DNA of 64,000 nucleotides from Macrostomum lignano (Eukaryota), in assembly GCA_002269645.1 (NCBI GenBank), contig NIVC01001010.1, positions 124,001 through 188,000 on the forward strand, read 5' to 3'. Numbering within the stretch: position 1 is the first letter of the stretch; each line of letters begins with the position of its first letter. Of the stretch, positions 12,701-21,700 are shown piece after piece. The translations under genes and the position numbers were made by a program. The notes beneath the pieces were generated by a model. It made no database searches, was not told the DNA's origin, and was given only the letters and a program-made list of their open reading frames with translations.

Positions 12701-15700
12701 CAGAATGCTGTACAGGGCATACGGAGAAAGCGCTCTCACCTACGGAGCGCCAATCCTGAGCCAAATCTGTGCGACTAACCAAATCAAATTGCAGAAAATT
12801 CAAAACCTGGCTCTCCGTATCTGCTATGGTGTGCCATCCTACATCAGCATTGAATACCTGCACAAGCTGGCAGGTATGCCGATGCTCGCAGACAGGGTCA
12901 AGCAGCTGGGGGTGGCTTGGCTGCTCAAGATGAGGGCAGCCAAGCTCCACAGCTTCCACATTGAGCCGGAAGCCCCTCGGGCTCCGGGCCGAACCCCTGT
13001 CCTCAATGTCCTCTGGGATGCCATGAGGCGTCGGGAAAGAAACAGGGGATTCCCACCCCAGGGTTAGGCTGGCTACCAGCCTTCCAAACCGGAAGTGACC
13101 ACGCTCTGAAACGCAACTAATAAAACTAAACTTGCTGCCTGAGACAGAGATCGGTTGATCAGTCATTAGGACTGATTAGGTAATCTCTATGTCTCCTCGC
13201 GTTTCTTTTTACAATTTTCCCAACTGTGTTTTTTACCCAACTGCTCTACAAATATTACTAATTGCTTTTTTACACCTTTACTATATTCATTCTATTTTTA
13301 CAACTAAATTCAAATATGCGCTATTGCATTTTTAATCTCTATTTTTTACTTAAATGTCTTGCTTTTATTCTCAATAGGCCTTCAAATATCTAGCACGTAT
13401 TTTTTAGATGTCCTGTTTTTATTAGATCCCTTCTTTGTGTGGGATTTCCCTCCCCTCTTTTTTATCCCCAAATGCGTGCAAAATACTGCAAAATATTGAA
13501 AAATAGTTTTATATATGTATATTTTTAATTTCAATATTCGTATTAAATATTCAAATCGAAATCTTGTAAATATTTTTAATTCTTTCGATCAAATACAAAA
13601 TATAACTGCGGCAGAGTTCTTCGGAACTGACCCGCGCCGGTTTCGACGGCACCTCGTTTTAACAACAAAGATTTCCGTGGAGGGATACTCTTAGGAGAAT
13701 TCTCTAGTTTTTGCAGGCCTTTCCTAGAAAGGCTTATTGGAAGTTAAATAGTTTAGACTAGCCTAGTTTAGCTCTTAAGAGTACTTTAGTTAGCCTTCCA
13801 TTCCACTGTACATTTGTTTTTTTATCTCTACCCCACCCCTAGTCTTATCTTGCAGTCGCCCCACCCCTCTCAGCGAGCGCACTTTGTGTGCCTCCTGACT
13901 CATTAGTTAGTTGTAGTTTAGGTTTAGTGTGAGTGCACCCAAATAATCACGCCATATGGCTGCAAATCGCGCCAGCGCTAAAAAGATGGACTGCCGGCCC
14001 TCTCTCGAGCACCGGTATCGTCCGAACGAAGCCTACGGTCGCCAGCTTCTTGGACTGACGCCGACAGCTGAGCCATCGACTGCGCAGGCCTGATGCGAGC
14101 TCGACGCAGTCTGGAAGGCCGCCACTCGATCAGCCCACCGGCCGGCGAGCTCTTGCGCAACGCAGAGGAGATCCTGCGAGAGAATGAGCAGCTGCCGGAG
14201 GCTGCAGGCGCAGAGGCAGAGCAGCGCATGTCTCTCGACTGCGACGAGCCAGGCCAGACAAGCGCCCTGCCATCCAACGAGGCCGCAGCAACCACCGAGC
14301 CACCAACTGCCGAGACCAGCGAGCTCAGTGCGGCAGCGGCAGCGCCGACGTCTGAGGAGCGCCAGCAATCGGCTGCAGACCAGGCCTCGACGCTGCCAAA
14401 GCCCCCTGCCGAGCAACTGGACGCTGACATCAGTCAAATCATCTTCCCTGATGAGCCTGACTTGACTGACTGTCAGCAGACGATCTACGCCAGCGACAGC
14501 ACCATCATCTATGCGCCCAAGTTCCTGAGCGAGGTCGCGGACCAAGTCTACGAGCGCCTGATCACCGACCTGCTGCCTCTGGCCTTTCAGCATCGTCCGA
14601 GTGAGCAGTGCCGCGTCTACTGGATCGACTGCACACAGACTCCATCTGTGTGCAGTATTTGTCCACTTTTTCAAACTCCAAATGTATGCAAAGAAATTCC
14701 AAATATTGAAAAATAGTTTTATTTATTTAAACTTTTATTTCAATATTCTTTCAATATCTAAATCAAATGCACTGCGCCGACCAGAAGGCTTCAGGCTGCC
14801 ATCCCGCCGGTGGTTTTCAAAGTGTAACAGGTCGCGGCCAACAAGCTGGTGCCCTATATTGCCTGGCTGCTCGTACAGGCAAATTTTTTGCTGGTGAAGC
14901 CGCGCCGTCAACACTGCGCAGATGGCGAATCAGCCGGCCTACATCGTATTGCCGGCGTCGGGGCGAGACTAAAATGTCTTCCTGGGCGGCGCGCTGCGTG
15001 AGGAAAAGCTGCTTGAACATCCGTCCAGAGCCCGACCGCTGGATAACCCATACAGGGCCCGACAGAGTCCAGCAGCAGCCAGTCATCACATTTGTCGCAC
15101 CTGACGTGCCTTTTGAGATCTCAGAGGCGACCCTCTGCTCTGTAGGATGCCATAAGGCTTCGGGAAAGAAACAGGGGATTCCTAATCCAAGGTTAGGCTG
15201 GTCGACAGTCTCCCAGAGCCGAAGTGAGCACGCGCTGAAATGCATTAAAGACTATTTATGCTGCCTGAGCCAGAGAGATCGGATGATAGGACCCTTGTAT
15301 GATCTGTAATCTCCCTGTGCAAATTGACTTTATTCAAACTATTTGTATTTTTTGACAGCTTTTACAAATACCCCTGGATGCTTTTATACCAATGATATAC
15401 TCGTACTACCTATAAAATTGTATCTGAACATGCGCTATTGCGTTTGATTTCATTTTTTACTCAGTAGCCTCTTTTTGCCTTTAACAGGCTCTTAAAAATC
15501 CAGCATGCATTTTTTAGATTTCCTTATTTTTATCACCTGTAAATATTTAAATTCTTTCGATTAAATAAAACAATAATACAGATATGTACCCGTTTTTACG
15601 GCACCTCGTTTTAACAACAACGATTTCCGTGAAGAGGAACATTCAAATTCAATGAGTGTTCCCTGATTTGTGAAACCCCTTACAAGAAATTGTACTAATG

Positions 15701-18700
15701 AAGCAAAAACATTGCTTGTCAATTCCCTCTAAGGCGTGATCGCAAGCCCATAGGACGCACGCAACACCATTTTCAAGTGTTGAAGTGTGCGGCGGAGTTT
15801 TTCGGAACTGATCTGCGCTAAGTTTTTACGGCCCCTCGTTTTAACAAAGATTTCCGTGATGAGGTACTCTCAACGAGAATTACATGTACTCTGATTTGTG
15901 CAACCCTTACAAAGGGTACAATAGACTTTGAATAGTTTAGCTCTATCTCAAAGTACGAGTACATAGCTAGCCCCTCCATCCATTCCACTGTACATTTATT
16001 TCCCCACTCTTCTAGTTTTATTTTGTAGTCGCCCCACTTCTTACTGAGCGGATTTTGTGTGCCTCCTGACCCTTAGAGTTTAGTGTTTTAGTTCGAGTGT
16101 ACCAAAAAGAAATCACGCCATATGGCTGCGAAGCGGATCGCAGAAGCCGAGGTCCAGGCAGGCCTCGACGCCGTGACCGAGTGGTGCGCCTCCCGCAAGC
16201 TCGCCCTTAATCCTACCAAGAGCGAGGCTGCCTTTTTCTCCATAGACCCGGCGAAGGCAAAATGGTCCCCGCGTCTTAGCCTCGGCCAAGCCCCACTCAA
16301 GCGCAATCTCACGCCGCGGCTGCTCGGCCTTACTTACGATCGGCTCCTCACCTTCAACACGCACACGGAAGGAGTTTGCAGGAAGGTGCATTCACGCAAT
16401 CGAATGCTGGTCTGCCTCGCCGCGCGCGATTGGGAATGGCAGAAAGACGCCCTCAAGCGCACTTTTATCGCCATGCAACGGAGTATCATGCTGTACGCCG
16501 ACCCCGCCTGTCACCCTTGGCTAGACGGCACCACTTTTGAGAAGCTCCAACGTTCGCAAAACGCCGCTCTCCGAATCATCACCGGCCAGCACCGCTCAAC
16601 GCCGATTGAAGCGCTGCGCATCGAGGCCAGTTTTTGCTTTGCTCTTTCCGTACCACAAGCGACATGGCGACTGGTCAGGTCAACCACCGCTCGGCCAGAG
16701 GCGGCACGCTTCCAACCTGCTCGCCACTTTGCCACCAGAGCGATAGTTGCGCGAACCACTTGACACCCGCTCTGCCTTCTCCCGCCCCGCCATCGTCATC
16801 CCTCATTACCCCGCGCTTATCTGCATCTATTGCGACGGCTCCGCCACTGAGGGCACCACCAACGGCGGTTTCTCTGTGGTCATCTGCACGGGTGACCCCT
16901 CCCCCCCCCCCAAGTGGTGTAGCACATCTCTGCCACCGGGCGCGCTCTCACCAGCTCCTTCGATGAGAAGCTCGCCGCTCCCCGTTGCGCTCTCCATTGG
17001 CTCGCTTCTGGTGCCCACTCTCAGTCGATGCTCTGCGCGCTCCAGAGCCCTACCTGTCGTATTTGGCCTACTCTCCTTCTGCCGCAATGCCAGTCAACAT
17101 CCGACGCGATGACGCAGACAGCGTACACGTTACACAGAAGAAAACGGCAGCTCGAAGGGCTTGCATGTTAAACGCATTTACATCTGCGACCTTCTCGATG
17201 TATAAGAATTTGCCTCTGACGGGTCAACAATTCAAGAGCTCTGGGATCGTCATGGATTACATCAGACAGCACGTTCTAGGACAAGTTAACATCATCGTGG
17301 AGAGAAACCGATTTTAGAAACGTCAAAAAACAATGGAGGAAATTTCAGCTACAATTTCAATTTCAAGAGTAATGGGTTGACTAAAGAGTAGTTTGATGAC
17401 TTGGCTGGGCTAATTGTTGTTAGTGTTGTTTGCATGTACTTTATTCAGTGTTTTGGAGGTGGCGTTTTTACCCTGTTCAGTACGTGCGCCCTTCTACAAT
17501 ATTTCGCTGTACGTTCTTATGTACGCTTTTCATTCTGAACGCTCTTGTACAATACGATGGACGCATTCCCTCCAGCATGCTGTATGGACACCCGACAAGG
17601 GACCCCCCTGCTCATTTACGAAGCTTTAACCTTGAGTGGTACAGCACAATTGAGCAGATGGAGCAGACTGCATCTGAAACCCACAAGACAGTGATGCAGC
17701 AGTACAACAAGTCCAAGAAGAGTCTCGACCGAATCAGAATTGGCTCGACTGTGGTTCTACAAGACCCGACAACCAAGCTGGGGCAACGGAGGGGCGTGGT
17801 GGTGGAGGTAGGCAAACACCGCGACTACATATACCTGATCAAGCTAACTAGTGGCCGAATACTACGGAGAACTCGTATCTGCATCCGGCCAGCACTACCA
17901 TGGAATGCCGATGATCTGCACCAGGCGACTAGCAAGCTGGTGGATCGAGAATGTACCAAGACGGACAATGACGGAGACTTGAGGATCAAAGGCCACAGGA
18001 GAGACCTCGCGTTAGTGCCAGATCGACAAAAAATATCCCACCAGTTCGGTTTCAGTGCAGCCGACTGGGGCAGCCGAAAGTTCTGTTCGTCGAGTAAATA
18101 AGGAACAATGACTTTAAAGGGCAGATGGTATAGATGATGAGATACCGTATTTATATCTATGGCCCTGACCCAAAGCCTACGTGCTTGGCCCGCTATCAGA
18201 GCAGCCCAACATGCAATAGGTATAACACTGTACACAATTACCTTGGCCAGGTGTTTAGCAATGAGCCGCCAGCGCGGTAGCAGCAGGTGGCGCTGCAAGG
18301 CGAAGGCCAGAATGACCAGTGGGAAGGCGAGGGCTGCGTAGGCCAGCTGCAGAAACTGGGCCAGGCAGTTCAGCGTGAGCAGCATCAGCACGTGGGCCAG
18401 CTGCAGAGCCGTGAACGCCAGCAGCACAGCGCTCGGCACGTCCAAGTAGGGCTTCGGCTGGCGATTCTTCTTCAGTTTCAGCAGGTTGAACAGCCGGTCG
18501 GCCAGCTGCAGGTCGGCCAGGGCGGCCAGGCCCATGCAGAGGAACATGCCGTCCATGGCGGCCAGCGGGATGAGGCGCAGCAGCCGGGCCGCCAGCACCG
18601 AGGCCACCAGCAGGGCCCCCACGGCCAGGCCGCTGACCCGCTGCTCGGCCACGCCAAGGACGCGCCTCGGACAGCCGGGAATCGGGTTAGCCGGATCCGC

Positions 18701-21700
18701 CAGCGTCAGCACCCGGACGTGCGTGTGCGATCGGATGGTGGCCCCTGTCAGCAGCGGCCAGCCCAGCAGGCCGTGCAGCGGCGGCGCCAGCGACGCGATG
18801 AGAGCCAGGCTGAGGTGACGGCCAGCCGGCTTGGCCAGGCGCTGCTCCAGGCCGCTGTCGCACAGGCCGGTCTCGGTGAACAGCACCACGGCGGTGCAGC
18901 AGCCGATCAGCAGGGCGATGAGGTGGCCGAAGGCGCCAACGGTGGCCAGGTCGGCTGCGCTGGGCAGGCGTGGCGACAGGCCCGACAGCAGCTGGGTGAG
19001 ATTGCCGCTGAGCTGCGGGAGTGCCATGCCGGTGCCTTTCTTTAGGTTTGATCAGTTCGGCAAAACTGAGGGCGATCTCGGAAATTGGAATGGCGATTTA
19101 CGCGGGATTTCATTTGTGCCGGAATGAGTTAGCTGAGAAAGGGAAAATTCCCCTGCATGGTGGTTAGTCATCCATTCTCCCTTCTCTCCTTTCATCTCAC
19201 TCTTCTCCTTTCCTTTCCTCTCCTCTCCTCTGCTCTCCTCTCCTCTCCTCTCCTCTCCTCTCCTCTCCTCTCCTCTCTCCTCTCATCTACTCTCCTCTCC
19301 TCTCCTCTCCTCTCCTCTCCTCCTCTCCTCTCCTCTCTCCTCTCGTCTACTCTCCTCTCCTCTCTTCTCTCCTCTCCTCTCTCCTCTCCTTTCTTTCCTC
19401 TCTTCTCTTCTCCTCTCTCCTCTCCTCTTCTCTCTTCTCTCCTCTCCTCTCTTCTCTCCTCTCCTCTCTTCTCTTCTCCTCTCCTCTCCTCTCCTCTCCT
19501 TTCTTCTCTCTCCCCTCTCCTCTCCTCTTACCCATAATTTGGAAATCCCATGTGAGTGAAATAGTCCCAATTAACCTCTCAGCGCTAAAGCTAAATACCC
19601 CGCACAATGGAGCATCTCAATAAAACACCCCCATACCTGCAGCGTGGCCAGTTCGTGATGCCGCATTGCAGTATTCGACAGCAGGGTGACCGCTGCGATG
19701 GCCAGCGGCACGTTCAATCCGGCTATGAGGTCCCGGGTTCGACGCCCTAAATAATTGCCCCGTTTAAAGCGCATAATTCGCAGCGCCAGCAGCGCCGTGG
19801 CCAGCGTCAGGAAGGCGGCGGCGGCGGAGGCGGCGCAGGACTCGCCGGCCAGCTGGGCGAACATGCGCACAGTCGGGCGCAGCAGGAAGAAGATGGCAAC
19901 GAACAGGTTGAAGATCTCCTCGGTGGCGCGGGTGATTCTGCCTGCCAGGCCGGCTCCGTTCAGCAGCAGGATGGCCAGGCCGCACAGGCCCGTGTAGGCG
20001 CAGCAGACTGGGCGGAAGGCCCGCCAGGGCAGGCCTAGTGAGGCCGACAGCGAGCTGATGGCCTGGGTTTGGAGGAATTGGGAGGGTTGATTGACATTGC
20101 TGACTATAGAGTGACATTGATACCGATAGAGTGACATTGATACCGATAGTGACATTGATACCGATAGAGTGACATTGATACCGATAGAGTGACATTGATA
20201 CCGATAGAGTGACATTGATACCGATAGAGTGACATTGATACCGATAGAGTGACATTGATACCGATAGAGTGACATTGATACCGATAGAGTGACATTGATA
20301 CCGATAGAGTGACATTGATACCGATAGAGTGACATTGATACCGATAGAGTGACATTGATACCAATAGAGTGACATTGATACCGATAGAGTGACATTGATA
20401 CCGATAGAGTGACATTGATACCGATAGAGTGACATTGATACCGATAGAGTGACATTGATACCGATAGAGTGAAATTAATACCGATAGAGTGACATTGATA
20501 CCGATAGAGTGACATTGATACCAATAGAGTGACATTGATACCAATAGAGTGACATTGATACCGATAGAGTGACATTGATGTCGATAGAGTGACATTGATA
20601 CCGATAGAGTGACATTGATGTCGATAGAGTGACATTGATGTCGATAGAGTGACATTGATGTCGATAGAGTGACATCGATGTCGATAGAGTGACATTGATA
20701 CCAATAGAGTGACATTGATGTCGATAGAGTGACATTGATGTCGATAGAGTGACATCGATGTCGATAGAGTGACATTGATACCAATAGAGTGACATTGATG
20801 TCGATAGAGTGACATCGATGTCGATAGAGTGACATCGATGTCGATAGAGTGACATTGATACCAATAGAGTGACATCGATGTCGATAGAGTGACATTGATA
20901 CCAATAGAGTGACATTGATGTCGATAGAGTGACATTGATGAAAATAGAGTGACGCTGCAAGGAATATTGGACTGAAATTCTAAAGAAATACTGCTGGAGG
21001 CATCTGAATTAGAAAATTGTAAGACATGAGAACTACCTGCTCCATGATGAAGATCGGGCCAGTCACTCCCACCAGCATCATGGGCTGGCCGCCGGCGGCA
21101 GCGAAGGCCAGCTGTCCGAGGCCGCTGGCCACCAGAGTCCGGCCGACGGTCAGCTCGCCCGCAGTCTCGTTGTGCAGCATAGCGCCGAACGACACCGCCG
21201 GGGCCAGGCATGTGAAAAACACGAACAGCAGGCCGGTTGCTATTGGCAACGCGTGACGCCTGGCGTCAGCCAGGTCGCCCGGGTAGCGGCGCCGCAGGTT
21301 GCTCAAGTCGCTGAGCAGTCCAGACGCAGCCAGCCAGACCGGGCAGCGCCAATTACCCGGCGACGCCGTAGCTGCTGCCGCAACCGGCGTCGCCAGCCCG
21401 ACATCGGCCGACGAAAATCCGACATCGTCGACTCCATCGACATCGGCTACGCGATGCTCACTGCCGCTGTCGTCCTCAACCTCGGCGGCGGCGGCCTCCT
21501 CGAACCGGACGAGCTCCTCGATGGTGTCCATAGTCCAGGCGGCTGGGGAGGGCAGCACCACGGTGCCGTCCAGGCTGCTGTGCAGGGCGGCGACGAGGTC
21601 CCACCGGCAGCTGGCCGAGTAGAGGCGGGCGCGGAACACCGGGTCCATCGCCAGGCAGGCAAACACGCGGCCAAGCTCGAAGGCCAGCACCGGGTCCGCG

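Larger units (their letters stand above)
7225..13666 (+). mobile_element. Full-length non-LTR retrotransposon (APE+RT, Jockey/I-group-like) with U5-derived head, AlkB-ORF1 and (AAC)n tail; array copy 1
   Basis: Layout: 5' UTR, uORF, ORF1 (AlkB, RRM-like, 3 CCHC knuckles), ORF2 (APE, RT), ~600-nt AT-rich 3' UTR ending ...CACCTCGTTTT-AACAAC, followed at once by a second U5 3' half at 13667. Clade assignment is from motif style only. Confidence 0.92.

Noticed and set aside
19052-19054. Selenocysteine or readthrough at the SLC4 in-frame TGA
   Set aside because: No SECIS was recognised, the flanking peptide is not conserved SLC4 sequence, and a missing exon explains it better.
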